From a candidate division WWE3 bacterium UBA1397 (GTDB lineage: Bacteria > Patescibacteriota > WWE3 > UBA101185 > UBA10185): a stretch of DNA of 57,991 nucleotides. The DNA lies in contig DBQJ01000021.1 of NCBI GenBank assembly GCA_002305205.1, forward strand, positions 6,448 to 64,438, in the 5' to 3' direction. Under the pieces are notes generated by a model that saw nothing but the letters and a program-made list of their open reading frames with translations, was not told where the DNA came from and ran no database searches. Positions 39,688 to 50,061 of the stretch are shown one piece after another; position 1 is the stretch's first letter; each line of letters begins with the position of its first letter. A program made the position numbers and the translations under genes.

Positions 39688-39924
39688 ATGGATGAGAATA
39701 AAAGAAAAATAGTTAGGGTCGAAATAGATTCCAAAGCATGTATTTCATGCGGTACTTGTACTGTATTAGCTCCAAAGGCATTTGAAATAGATGATCAGGG
39801 TCATTCCATAGTTAAAGATTCATGGAAAGAATTAAGTGATGAGGAAATAATAAAAGCAGCAAAAGCATGTCCTTCAGAAGCAATAATGTTATTTGATGAA
39901 GAAGGGAAAAGAATGGAATTATGA
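39688..39924 (+). CDS. Ferredoxin
   Basis: CISCGTC...CP motif. Confidence 0.92.
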   Translation: MDENKRKIVRVEIDSKACISCGTCTVLAPKAFEIDDQGHSIVKDSWKELSDEEIIKAAKACPSEAIMLFDEEGKRMEL

Positions 39925-40265
39925 ATTATCAAATAACTTCAGACAATATGGAACTAACACCAAGTATGGAAGTATTGACCAAACAAAAATTTGAAAGATT
40001 AGAGAATAAAGTTAAAGAATATCCGGAAGATACTAAGTATGCCAGGGTAGTTATAAACACCGTACCTGATAATAAATTTTTAGTTAGGGCAAAGTTTAAA
40101 GTTGGGGGAAAAGAATACTTTTCAGACGAAACAGATTATTCGGTTGAGGGAGCTTTAATAAAGACGGTAGAGGAAATATTTCAAATGATGGAAAAAGAGA
40201 AAAGCAAGGAAAAAAGAACAAAAGTAGATATTATAGATTCTGTGATTGAAGAAATGTCCCAATAG
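39921..40265 (+). CDS. Ribosome hibernation factor (HPF/RaiA family)
   Basis: MNYQITSDNMELTPS...KF.RL pattern. Confidence 0.75.
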   Translation: MNYQITSDNMELTPSMEVLTKQKFERLENKVKEYPEDTKYARVVINTVPDNKFLVRAKFKVGGKEYFSDETDYSVEGALIKTVEEIFQMMEKEKSKEKRTKVDIIDSVIEEMSQ

Positions 40266-40308
40266 CAGTAAAATTCATAAACTTAGACAGGAAGGTGTGC
40301 ATAAACTA

Positions 40309-40384
40309 GGGTGATTAGCTCAATTGGTAGAGCAAGCGTCTTATACACGCTCGGTTCCTGGTTCGAGTCCAGGATCACCCACCA
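40309..40384 (+). tRNA. tRNA-Ile (TAT)
   Basis: 76 nt cloverleaf; stem AGCGT/ACGCT, loop CTTATAC, encoded CCA. Confidence 0.9.
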
Positions 40385-40387
40385 TAT

Positions 40388-41263
40388 TTACAAAACAGAT
40401 AATTCCAGTTTATTTGATTCCTCAGGTTTATTAATATATTGGAGATATTTCTCTGTAGTAGTTATTCTTTTATGGCCTGCTATTTTTGATAAGAAAGAAA
40501 CATTAACTCCGTTTTTTAAATGATGGGCTATAAAAGTATGTCTGAGATCATTGACCTTGGCATTCTCCACCCCTGCTATTTTAAAATATCTATCTATTGT
40601 TGATCTGATATTTCTAACTAATAAAGGTTTACCGCTTTTAGTAATAAATACATACTTTGAATTTTCCACTGAAGGCCTTTCGTTTGTTAAATACTTATTC
40701 AAAGTATCGGCAGCAATCTTATTAACCGGAATATTTCTGGCTTCTTTATTGTTTTTCTTAGGTACAAATAATGTGCCTTCCTCTTCCTTCAAATTTAAAT
40801 GTTCTAATTCTATTTCGGATAATTCAGATATAGATACTCCAAGTTGTAATAATACTTCAAGCATGGTGTAAGTTCTTGTATCAGTTCTTGCGACATCCCT
40901 TAATGCCCCGTACTCCATTTTGGATAATATTCTGGGTGCTTTTAAATCTACCTTAGGATGTTTTAATTCCATGGATATATCTGTTTTCATATATCCTTTG
41001 GAATGAAGAAATCTAACATATGTTCTGGCAGCATTTGTTTTTCTTGATATAGATTTCGGAGTGTAGTTTTGAGCAGATAAGGAATTCATGAATTCCTGTA
41101 TATGAGATGACTGTATGTCATCGGTTAAAGATATGTTCTTATCGGCTAAATACTTGTTTAGCTGTTCTATATCTTTTTTATAGGCCACAAGGGTAGCTTC
41201 CGATTTTCCTTCGGATTTTAACTGTTCAATGAAGTTTTTATGAGCTATTTCAAGTTTTATCAT
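40388..41263 (-). CDS. XerC/XerD-like tyrosine recombinase
   Basis: SAM-like N-terminal domain, LRHTF, AGH and TT.KY motifs. Confidence 0.85.
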   Translation of the reverse strand: MIKLEIAHKNFIEQLKSEGKSEATLVAYKKDIEQLNKYLADKNISLTDDIQSSHIQEFMNSLSAQNYTPKSISRKTNAARTYVRFLHSKGYMKTDISMELKHPKVDLKAPRILSKMEYGALRDVARTDTRTYTMLEVLLQLGVSISELSEIELEHLNLKEEEGTLFVPKKNNKEARNIPVNKIAADTLNKYLTNERPSVENSKYVFITKSGKPLLVRNIRSTIDRYFKIAGVENAKVNDLRHTFIAHHLKNGVNVSFLSKIAGHKRITTTEKYLQYINKPEESNKLELSVL

Positions 41264-41371
41264 TTTAATTATTTGTCGTGGGGGCAGTAAATAAGCCAAG
41301 GCAATAAACTCTATGGGGTATATTACCATTGGTGTTTTGAAGTGTCAATTATTCGTCTATAATCAATAATA

Positions 41372-41764
41372 ATGTCATTGGTTAAACGTATTAAATATGT
41401 ATCCGTTATTGTATTATTGGCAGTTATCTGTATCGGTATTGTTAAATCAACTCTTGGTGTTTTTGGCGGAAGACAGCGTTTTAAGGAGCTTGAAGACGAA
41501 GTGTTATCCCTTAAGAGTGAGAAGATTCAACTTGAAGAAAGTATTAAATATAAAGAAACAAGTGAATTTATTGAAGAGAAAGCAAGAAACGAGTTAAATA
41601 TGATAAAGCCGGGAGAAAAGGTTTATGTGATTTCTTCTCCGGACAGCCTTATAAGAGTAAATAAATCAGTATTATCTGAAAAAAACGATCGTTCTTATCT
41701 CAATAACAGCAGAAAAGATGATAATGACCCTAATTGGTACATGTGGTACAAGCTGTTTTTTTGA
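41372..41764 (+). CDS. Septum formation initiator (FtsB/DivIC family)
   Basis: TM, coiled coil, IEEKARNELNMIKPGE. Confidence 0.88.
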   Translation: MSLVKRIKYVSVIVLLAVICIGIVKSTLGVFGGRQRFKELEDEVLSLKSEKIQLEESIKYKETSEFIEEKARNELNMIKPGEKVYVISSPDSLIRVNKSVLSEKNDRSYLNNSRKDDNDPNWYMWYKLFF

Positions 41765-41815
41765 CACCCTCCCCCTTATTTGTTAGAGTATCTACGCTGA
41801 CAAATGTTCATTTGA

Positions 41816-41889
41816 CGCGGGGTGGAGGAACGGCACCTCACCGGGCTCATAATCCGGGGGTCCTGGTTCGAATCCAGGCCCCGCAACCA
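41816..41889 (+). tRNA. Initiator tRNA-fMet (CAT)
   Basis: CGCGGGG start with C1:A72 mismatch; loop CTCATAA. Confidence 0.93.
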
Positions 41890-41955
41890 AATATAGTAAT
41901 AAAATATTCCTTTAAAAAAAATTAAATCATAAGGTATAATGCTTGTACTTGCTAA

Positions 41956-42031
41956 GCCAACGTAGCTCAGGGGTTAGAGCGGGCGTTTCATAAGCGCTAG
42001 GTCGGTGGTCCGAGTCCACCCGTTGGCACCA
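41956..42031 (+). tRNA. Elongator tRNA-Met (CAT)
   Basis: Cloverleaf GCCAACG/CGTTGGC ACCA; loop TTCATAA. Confidence 0.88.
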
Positions 42032-42082
42032 TTACCTATTTTCCCCGTCATTTTTTAGCGGGCTTGTGATAATATTCATTAT

Positions 42083-43105
42083 ATGCATTTAGATAACACC
42101 CAAAGCAGGAAAAGAATATTAACCGGAGATAATGCGAGTGGAAAATTACACCTCGGACATTATGTAGGTTCATTGGAAAATAGAGTAAAACTACAAAATG
42201 AATATGATACGTTTATTGTAATTGCAGATATGCATACTTTTGCTTACCCCAAATATTTTAGCGATCCCTCCACGATATCCGATTCAGTCTACCAGGTAGC
42301 CATAGATAATTTAGCAGTAGGTTTAGATCCTAAAATATCAAATATATTTGTTGAATCTTCAATACCTGAGATATATGAATTAGCTCTGATATTTTCTATG
42401 CTAATCTCATACAACAGAAACTTGAGAAACCCAACCATAAAAGATGAGATAAGAGATAAAGAAATGGGAGATAATTATTCTTTGGGGTTTATTAATTTCC
42501 CTGTAATGCAGGTTGCTGATATTCTGTGTGTAAAAGCAGACGCCGTACCCGTTGGAGAAGACCAACTCCCCCACTTGGAATTAACAAACGAGGTAGTAAA
42601 AAGATTTAATAGTACATATGGAAATGTGTTTAAGGATGTTAATCCAATAATCGGCAGAGTAAAAAGGTTAGTAGGAACAGACGGTAGTTTTAAAATGACA
42701 AAAACCCTAGGAAATACCATTTATTTAGGTGAAACAAGAGAATCTTTAAAAGAAAAAATAATGAAAATGTATACAGATCCTAATAGAATACACCCAACCG
42801 ATCCGGGACAGGTTGAAGGTAATCCTGTTTTTATATATCACGATGCATTTAATCCGAATAAGGATGAAGTGCAGGATTTAAAAGATAGATATACAAAAGG
42901 TAAGGTAGGAGACATTGAGGTTAAAGATAAACTATTTAATGCCCTTGATTCCTTTTTGTTACCGATTAGAGAAAGAAGAAGATACTATGAAGATAACGTT
43001 AAGTTAGTTAAGGAGATATTAGCGGAGGGTACACAAAAAGTCAGACAAGAAGCCAGAAATACTTTGGATGAGGTACGAGATAAGATGATGCTCCATCGTT
43101 TTTAG
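42083..43105 (+). CDS. trpS: Tryptophanyl-tRNA synthetase
   Basis: HLGH, VPVGEDQ and KMTKT motifs. Confidence 0.95.
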   Translation: MHLDNTQSRKRILTGDNASGKLHLGHYVGSLENRVKLQNEYDTFIVIADMHTFAYPKYFSDPSTISDSVYQVAIDNLAVGLDPKISNIFVESSIPEIYELALIFSMLISYNRNLRNPTIKDEIRDKEMGDNYSLGFINFPVMQVADILCVKADAVPVGEDQLPHLELTNEVVKRFNSTYGNVFKDVNPIIGRVKRLVGTDGSFKMTKTLGNTIYLGETRESLKEKIMKMYTDPNRIHPTDPGQVEGNPVFIYHDAFNPNKDEVQDLKDRYTKGKVGDIEVKDKLFNALDSFLLPIRERRRYYEDNVKLVKEILAEGTQKVRQEARNTLDEVRDKMMLHRF

Positions 43106-43186
43106 AATATAATACTCAGGCGTATGAATAATAAATCGTTTGGAAAAATGGTATAAATTATCAATTTTATACACAAAGAAGGAATA

Positions 43187-45040
43187 GTGAAAATGAATAA
43201 GAATAATAAAAAAACAATAAAAAACAACAGTAAAGGGAAAGCTGTCAGAAAACCTTCCCTTCACAATAATATATTTTTCTATCTCATGGTATTTTTCTTT
43301 ATACTGCTATTGTTTGATTTTATTGGAAGCGGTGATCAGGTAAACAGCAAGGTATCTATAGGTGAAGTATTGAATAGAATACAAAAAGATGCAGTACAGG
43401 ATGTTACAGTTTCGGGAGATAAGATAGAGATTTTATTAAGAGATGGTTCCACAATTATCTCCGAGAAAGAAAGCAGTATTTCATTTGATGAAATATTAAA
43501 GAATAATAATATTGATCGTACTAAGATTATAGGTGAGTATAAAGTAGTACATAGAGTTTCCTTTGATCAGATAATAACGCCTTTATTAATGTTTGGTTTT
43601 CCTCTTCTTATCCTATTTTTTATCTTTAGACAAATACGAGGACAGAATGGAGAATTAATGTCTTTTGGGAAATCAAGAGCCAGAGTATTTGATAAAAATA
43701 AATCAAAGATTACATTTAGTGACGTAGCTGGAAGTGAAGAAGCAAAGAAAGAGATGATGGAAATAGTAGATTTTTTAAAGAGTCCTGAGAAATATCGTTT
43801 ATTGGGGGCAAGAACTCCCAAAGGAGTATTGTTAGTAGGACCTTCGGGTGTTGGGAAAACTCTTTTAGCAAAAGCTATTGCCGGTGAAGCAGGAGTTCCG
43901 TTTTTTAGTGCTGCGGGAAGTGAGTTCATGGAAATGTTAGTGGGAGTCGGATCTTCAAGAGTTAGAGATCTTTTTAGAATGGCAAGAGAAAGTCAGCCAA
44001 GCCTTATCTTCATAGATGAAATAGATGCTATTGGAAGACAAAGAGGAATGGGTATAGGAGGGGGGCACGATGAAAGAGAACAAACCCTTAATCAGATATT
44101 AATAGAAATGGACGGTTTTGATACCAGAACGGATGTAATTGTATTGGCAGCTACCAATAGACCGGATATGCTCGATCCGGCATTAGTAAGACCGGGAAGA
44201 TTTGATAGACGAATAACCATACCACTGCCTGATTTAAAAGATAGGGAAGAAATTATTAAAATTCATATGAAAGGCAAACCTGTATCGGACGAAGTAGATA
44301 TTGAAAAGACAGCCAAGAAAACAGTAGGATTTAGCGGCGCTGATATTGAGAATATGTTAAATGAGTCTGCAATACTGGCTGCCAGGGAAGATAGGAAAAC
44401 AATTCTTCAGAAAGATATTGAAGAGGCAGCTTTAAAAGTTACACTTGGTTCAGAAAGGAAAACGATGCAGACGGAAGAAGAGAGAAGAATGACTGCTTAT
44501 CATGAGGCCGGTCATGCTTTAGTTGCAGCTAACCTGAAAGATATGGACCCTGTTTCCCGCGTTTCCATTGTTGCCAGGGGCGGTTCACTGGGGCATACAA
44601 GTTTTCCCCCCGAAAGAGACCGATATAACGAAACAAAGACAAGATTGATATCAATAATCACAACATCCTTAGGGGGAAGGGCTGCAGAAGAAGTAATTTT
44701 TAATGAACTAACGATTGGGGCCTCAGATGATATAAGTAGAGCTACAAAACTAGCCAAAAGAATGGTAACCGAATTTGGTATGAGCAGCCTTGGTCCTATT
44801 AATTATGATATTGCAGGAGGAGGCATGTGGCTGGCAAGAGATTTTGACGAAGGTTTTCAGATCAGCGATGAAATGGCTGCAAAAGTAGATTTGGAAATAA
44901 AGAAAATAATGGATTCTTGTTATTCTAAAGCTAAGGAAATAATCTCAGAGAAGAAACATATTCTTGGGAAGATAACCGATCGCCTGATGGAAAAAGAGAC
45001 AATAGATGCAGAAGAATTTAAAGAATTGATAGAAGAATAG
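43187..45040 (+). CDS. ftsH: ATP-dependent zinc metalloprotease FtsH
   Basis: Two TM helices, GPSGVGKT, RPGRFDR and HEAGH motifs. Confidence 0.97.
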   Translation: MKMNKNNKKTIKNNSKGKAVRKPSLHNNIFFYLMVFFFILLLFDFIGSGDQVNSKVSIGEVLNRIQKDAVQDVTVSGDKIEILLRDGSTIISEKESSISFDEILKNNNIDRTKIIGEYKVVHRVSFDQIITPLLMFGFPLLILFFIFRQIRGQNGELMSFGKSRARVFDKNKSKITFSDVAGSEEAKKEMMEIVDFLKSPEKYRLLGARTPKGVLLVGPSGVGKTLLAKAIAGEAGVPFFSAAGSEFMEMLVGVGSSRVRDLFRMARESQPSLIFIDEIDAIGRQRGMGIGGGHDEREQTLNQILIEMDGFDTRTDVIVLAATNRPDMLDPALVRPGRFDRRITIPLPDLKDREEIIKIHMKGKPVSDEVDIEKTAKKTVGFSGADIENMLNESAILAAREDRKTILQKDIEEAALKVTLGSERKTMQTEEERRMTAYHEAGHALVAANLKDMDPVSRVSIVARGGSLGHTSFPPERDRYNETKTRLISIITTSLGGRAAEEVIFNELTIGASDDISRATKLAKRMVTEFGMSSLGPINYDIAGGGMWLARDFDEGFQISDEMAAKVDLEIKKIMDSCYSKAKEIISEKKHILGKITDRLMEKETIDAEEFKELIEE

Positions 45041-45050
45041 GCGAATATAT

Positions 45051-45830
45051 ATGTTGATTGATTCTCACTGTCATATTATTGATCCTAGATTAAAGAAAGA
45101 TATTCCCCAGCTTCTTAATGAATCCAGAGAGTCGGGGGTAACTAAATTAATCAGTATCGGTACGTCCCTATCCAATAGTTCCGATACTTATCTTAGGATT
45201 AAAGAATATCCGGAAATATATTCAAGTGTTGGTGTTTATCCCCATGAAGATAAGGAAATACCACAGAAAGATATATTCAAAGGTTTAGATGAATTGATTA
45301 AAAATGATAATGAAGGAAAGATAGTTGCTGTAGGGGAATGCGGACTAGATATATCTGACTACGAAAATCCTAGATCTTTGGAAGAACAGGAAAAAATATT
45401 TATTGCACAGATAGAATTATCAATAAAACACGATTTACCTCTAGTAATTCACAATAGAAATTCAGATGACAGAGTATTTTCAATATTAGAAGGATATAAA
45501 AATAATATTAAGGGAATTGCTCATTGTTTTACTTCAGCATGGGAATCAGCAGTAAAATATTTGGATCTTGGTTTTTATATTTCTTTTTCAGGAATAATTA
45601 CATATCCCTCAAGAAATGATCTGAGAGAAGTGTTAAGAAATATACCTGAGGATCGTATATTGTTTGAAACTGATTCTCCCCATCTTCCTCCCCAGGGTCA
45701 CAGAGGAGAAATAAACTATCCTAAATATGTTAGAATCGTGGCAGAAACAGCTTCCCAGATAATTAAAAAACCATTTCTGGAAGTATGCCGTATATCATAC
45801 GAAAATACTTGCCGTATTTTTAATATATGA
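45051..45830 (+). CDS. tatD: TatD family hydrolase
   Basis: DSHCH, GECGLD, HCF and ETDSP motifs. Confidence 0.94.
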   Translation: MLIDSHCHIIDPRLKKDIPQLLNESRESGVTKLISIGTSLSNSSDTYLRIKEYPEIYSSVGVYPHEDKEIPQKDIFKGLDELIKNDNEGKIVAVGECGLDISDYENPRSLEEQEKIFIAQIELSIKHDLPLVIHNRNSDDRVFSILEGYKNNIKGIAHCFTSAWESAVKYLDLGFYISFSGIITYPSRNDLREVLRNIPEDRILFETDSPHLPPQGHRGEINYPKYVRIVAETASQIIKKPFLEVCRISYENTCRIFNI

Positions 45831-47368
45831 AGGAATTTATTGAAAAACATGACAAATTAACACATAGAATATTTGAAATGACTTTGGGGATATTAACCTG
45901 GTCTTTATTAACATCACCCATATGGCTTGGTGTGATATATCCCAAAGCAATTGTTTATATTCTTACTTTTTTTACAGTATTCTGGTCTTATCTAGCTGTA
46001 AAACACACCATAGGATTAATCAGAGGTTATAAAAAATATAAGGAAGAGGAAAAGATTGATTGGTACGATGAATATAAAAAATTAGATTATTCTGTATTAC
46101 CTGATCCTATTACCCTCCCTGAAAGCAAAGAATCTATAAGACATATGATATTGATACCCGCTGTTAATGAACCCGAATCAGTTTTGAGAGAATCCATAGA
46201 TAGTATTTTCAATCAAACATTTCCTGTAAATCAGATAGTATTGGTTTATTCAATTGAAGAGAAATATTCTAAGGAAACTTGTGAAACGATAGAAAGGATT
46301 GTAGGAGATCGCAAGTCTAAATTGTACAAGTTTATGATGTTTGTACATCCCTTCGGTATTGAAGGAGAGGCCATAGGAGCTGCGGCAGCAAACAGAACAT
46401 GGGGTGCAAAACATGCTGTTGAAGAATTAAAATCCTCAGGAGAAAACATTAGGAATTATATTTTCAGTACTATAGATTCAGATCATGTGTTATATCCTCA
46501 GTATATATCAAGACTTACCCATCTCTATCTAAGTACACCAAGAAGAGATAATCACTACTTCTCTACAGCAGTTCACCTGTTTGATAATAATCTATGGAGA
46601 GTTCCAATGATGATGAGAATTGAGGCAAACGCTGTTACTATGGGAAGTCTATCAGACTGGAGTGCATCAAAGAGAAAACTTAAAGATACATTTTCCTCAT
46701 ATTCTTCGTCTCTTCAAACATTGATAGACGCAAATTACTGGGATGTTACTCTGGGTGTAGACGACACCATATTTTATTGGAGATCACTTTTTGTTAGAAA
46801 CGGTGATTTTGAGGGGGTCCCTCACTATGTTCCCTATTCAGCGGATGCTGTTGAAGGCAGCAACTATGTTGATTCTCATATAAGGATGTATAAGCAGTTG
46901 TTGAGATGGGGCTGGGGAGCTATAGATTTCCCCCTTTCTATGAAAGAATTCTTAAAAAATGAAAAAATCCCGCGTTCCTTAAAAGTATCATGGTTTTTCA
47001 AACATATGGAAAGGAGAGTTATATTAATAAATATTGTATTTCTGATTACCTTCGGATTTGGTTTGGTAACTTTAGTTAACCCATATGTTAAACAGTCTAA
47101 CTTCGCATATAGTCTACCCGATATTATGAGTATTATCCTCACATTTACTCTTGTATTTTTAGTACCCGGATCATATCTAAGAATGAAGCTGGTAAAACCT
47201 ATGCCTAAAAATTGGCCTATATACAGGAAAGCCTTAACGTTGATGGAGGGTCCTTTGATAATGCTTAACTTATTAACATATTCTTTTATTCCCTGGGTGC
47301 ATGCTCAGACAAAAATGCTTCTTGGTAAAAAGATGAAAGATCTTTATCATACCCCTAAGGTTAGATGA
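45827..47368 (+). CDS. Membrane GT2 glycosyltransferase
   Basis: DSD, VDD and QLLRW motifs. Confidence 0.85.
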   Translation: MKEFIEKHDKLTHRIFEMTLGILTWSLLTSPIWLGVIYPKAIVYILTFFTVFWSYLAVKHTIGLIRGYKKYKEEEKIDWYDEYKKLDYSVLPDPITLPESKESIRHMILIPAVNEPESVLRESIDSIFNQTFPVNQIVLVYSIEEKYSKETCETIERIVGDRKSKLYKFMMFVHPFGIEGEAIGAAAANRTWGAKHAVEELKSSGENIRNYIFSTIDSDHVLYPQYISRLTHLYLSTPRRDNHYFSTAVHLFDNNLWRVPMMMRIEANAVTMGSLSDWSASKRKLKDTFSSYSSSLQTLIDANYWDVTLGVDDTIFYWRSLFVRNGDFEGVPHYVPYSADAVEGSNYVDSHIRMYKQLLRWGWGAIDFPLSMKEFLKNEKIPRSLKVSWFFKHMERRVILINIVFLITFGFGLVTLVNPYVKQSNFAYSLPDIMSIILTFTLVFLVPGSYLRMKLVKPMPKNWPIYRKALTLMEGPLIMLNLLTYSFIPWVHAQTKMLLGKKMKDLYHTPKVR

Positions 47369-47374
47369 TAACCT

Positions 47375-48859
47375 ATGAAGATTAATCAAAGAACATTAAA
47401 CATCACAAGACAGTTTATCTCTCAATTCAAAGATAAAAATATTACTTTAAGTACATTGAGTATACTTATAATCTCTTTCCAATTTATTTACATATTCTTT
47501 CGTTCCAAATATCTTAATGCAGAAATTCCCCTGTGGTATACAAGATTATGGGGTGACAACTGGCTGGCTCCTAAATCTGCAATATATATTATTCCAGCGG
47601 TATCTTTTCTAGTGTTTGTATTTGGATTACTCCTTATATTATTTAATAGGTACTATATAAAATATTTTCGCGGATTGATCTGGAGCGCAGTTCTTTTTTG
47701 TATATCATTTCTAACCTACTCGTTAATTACAATTGTTCATAATTCCTCAATATTTTTTAAACCGGCCGTCAACCCTAATCTAATACCCCTTTTTATACCT
47801 CTAATACTAAGTTTTCTTTTAACATTCTTAATAGTTCCTTACTTTATTGAATTTGCACAGAATAAAAGAATAGTGACCAGTCCCCAAATGCATCAACACC
47901 CGGGAATGGTCTTAGAAGCACCTTCAGCGAGAGGGGGAGGCGTGGTGTACGGATTAATATTTCTACTCTTATCAATATTGTTTGTTGGTATTCCCCAGCA
48001 CTTCACAGGGATTTTTCTTTCAATCCTTATGATAATAGGTTTAAGTATAATTGACGATTATCAGAACACACATCCTTTATCCCCCCTCAAAGTATTTGAG
48101 AATCCTTTTCTAAGATTATTTCTTCTTCTTCTTTCTGTAATACCTACTGTTCTATCAGGTATACTAATCATTGAGGTAACCAACCCCCTGGGAGACCTTC
48201 TCATACTTACCAGTATTCATAAAGCTTTGCCTGCAGTAATTACTATTCTATGGATCGTTTGGGTGATGAATGTACTTTCATGGTCTAACGGTATAGATGG
48301 ACAGTACTCAGGAATTATAGGGATAGCTTCCTTAGCAGTAATGTTTTTGGCTTTAAGGTTCAAACCGTTGGAATCTATTCATACACAAATCGCTATCCTG
48401 GCAGCAATAAGCGCCGGAAGCGCTTTTGGTTTGTCTAAATATAATTGGCACCCATCAAAGATTATGTGGGGTTTTGGAGCTATGACAGCAGGTTTATTAA
48501 TTGCAGCTTTATCTATATCAGTTAAAGGAAAGATTATTACTTCAGTCTTGATAATATTAATTCCCTTTATGGATGCTGTTGTTACTGTGATTAGAAGATT
48601 AATACAAGGAAAAAATCCCTTGAGCGGAGACAGGGGTCACTTACATCATCTTCTTTTAGACAGGGGATGGAATGTACAAAAAATAGCCAGATTCTATTGG
48701 ATCACTACAGCAGTATTTGCTTTGATAGGTCTTCTGACACCTGAGAGATATGCAATACAAACTGCAATGATCATAGTGGGATTAGTTGCTTTTATAATAG
48801 TTCTAATGAATGTAAGATCAGGATTAAACAGGAAAGAGAAACTAAAATTTGAGAGATAA
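47375..48859 (+). CDS. WecA/TagO-like polyprenyl-phosphate sugar-phosphate transferase with N-terminal membrane extension
   Basis: IIDD, N...GIDG and DRGHLHHLL motifs. Confidence 0.88.
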   Translation: MKINQRTLNITRQFISQFKDKNITLSTLSILIISFQFIYIFFRSKYLNAEIPLWYTRLWGDNWLAPKSAIYIIPAVSFLVFVFGLLLILFNRYYIKYFRGLIWSAVLFCISFLTYSLITIVHNSSIFFKPAVNPNLIPLFIPLILSFLLTFLIVPYFIEFAQNKRIVTSPQMHQHPGMVLEAPSARGGGVVYGLIFLLLSILFVGIPQHFTGIFLSILMIIGLSIIDDYQNTHPLSPLKVFENPFLRLFLLLLSVIPTVLSGILIIEVTNPLGDLLILTSIHKALPAVITILWIVWVMNVLSWSNGIDGQYSGIIGIASLAVMFLALRFKPLESIHTQIAILAAISAGSAFGLSKYNWHPSKIMWGFGAMTAGLLIAALSISVKGKIITSVLIILIPFMDAVVTVIRRLIQGKNPLSGDRGHLHHLLLDRGWNVQKIARFYWITTAVFALIGLLTPERYAIQTAMIIVGLVAFIIVLMNVRSGLNRKEKLKFER

Positions 48860-49268
48860 CTCCCCACGGAGGGCGGGCTGGAAAGTGAACTATATGCTGT
48901 ATTTTCATCATGATATAGGGAATACCCTTTTTTTCTTTATTAAATATCGCAGGGCCTGTTATTGCATCCGGTAGTACTGATGCTATACCACATAAGAATA
49001 TATTTATTGATAATAGAGGATCTTTAATCACCCACAAAGTCAGTAAAGTAAAAAACAAACCTATTCCAACACCAATAGATAAATCAGCTATAACTTTAAG
49101 TGGATAGTATGGGTCTGTTTTTCCTTCCTCCGACTCTATACAAAAATCCCAATGAGGAACTAAATCTCCAAGGAAATGCAGGAAGAATGAAGTTGGCACA
49201 GCAATAAGAGGTTCCTTTACTGAAACTGCTACCGCTATTCCTACCAGAGTATGGGGAGTTAAAAGCAT
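48792..49268 (-). CDS. Hypothetical membrane protein (H...HF.GD..PH motif)
   Basis: Hydrophobic ORF with His/Asp motif. Confidence 0.7.
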   Translation of the reverse strand: MLLTPHTLVGIAVAVSVKEPLIAVPTSFFLHFLGDLVPHWDFCIESEEGKTDPYYPLKVIADLSIGVGIGLFFTLLTLWVIKDPLLSINIFLCGIASVLPDAITGPAIFNKEKKGIPYIMMKIQHIVHFPARPPWGVISQILVSLSCLILILHSLELL

Positions 49269-49377
49269 ATGGAAAAGATGATATATATTTTCTACCTATT
49301 TAGCAAATTGTTATTGTTAAATACATTTCATTTTCTTTTAATCTCGATTGTGTTCTAATTAATTGTCGGGGTTCTCT

Positions 49378-50031
49378 ATGAGAATACTCTTAATTGATGA
49401 AAGCGGATTATTAGATAGTTATTACCATGACTTTAGAGATAACTATGTAGTTGATTTTGTACACGATAGTATTGAAGGACAGTATCTATTCGAAGTGAAT
49501 GAATATGATGCTGTAGTAATGGGGCCATGTATAAAACCAAACGAGATCCCTAACATCAACAAAAATACAGTATCTGTTGCTGTTACATACGATAATGAGG
49601 ATTCAAACAATAGGATATCTTTATTAAATTCCGGGGTAGATGTATGTCTTAAAGAGCCTGTTCATTATCCTGAACTAGATGCACAGATAAAGGTATTAAT
49701 AAAGAAAGCCAGAAGTATATCAACAGATAAAATAAGTGTGGGTAATGTAAGTTTATATCCTTTGCAGAAATGTGTTTATATAGGATCTAGAAGTATAAGA
49801 CTAAGGAGGAAGGAATATGAAATACTCCAATATCTATTCTTTAATATAAATAAAATAGTTTCTAAAGAAGAGCTTTTAGAACATATATGGGACGATGGTT
49901 TATGTGTGTTTTCAAATACTGTTGAGGTGCAGATTAGAAATCTTAGACTTAAGCTTAAAAAATATAAGGTATACAATCTTGTACAGACAGTAAAAGGATT
50001 TGGTTATTTGATAAAGAAATCAGATTTGTGA
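49378..50031 (+). CDS. OmpR-family response regulator with degenerate receiver domain
   Basis: C-terminal SNTVEVQIRNLR...TVKGFGY. Confidence 0.88.
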   Translation: MRILLIDESGLLDSYYHDFRDNYVVDFVHDSIEGQYLFEVNEYDAVVMGPCIKPNEIPNINKNTVSVAVTYDNEDSNNRISLLNSGVDVCLKEPVHYPELDAQIKVLIKKARSISTDKISVGNVSLYPLQKCVYIGSRSIRLRRKEYEILQYLFFNINKIVSKEELLEHIWDDGLCVFSNTVEVQIRNLRLKLKKYKVYNLVQTVKGFGYLIKKSDL

Positions 50032-50061
50032 AATTTCGAAAAAAACCCTATTATTCAATGA

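Noticed and set aside
40309..40384. tRNA-Val (TAC) reading
   Set aside because: The 5-bp stem and 7-nt loop centre on TAT, not TAC.
40388..41329. Xer-like gene as the integrase of an island at tRNA-Ile
   Set aside because: No duplicated tRNA end found; neighbours are housekeeping genes with host-like composition.
40311..41925. ORFs 40311-40523 and 41734-41925
   Set aside because: Read-throughs of tRNA genes.
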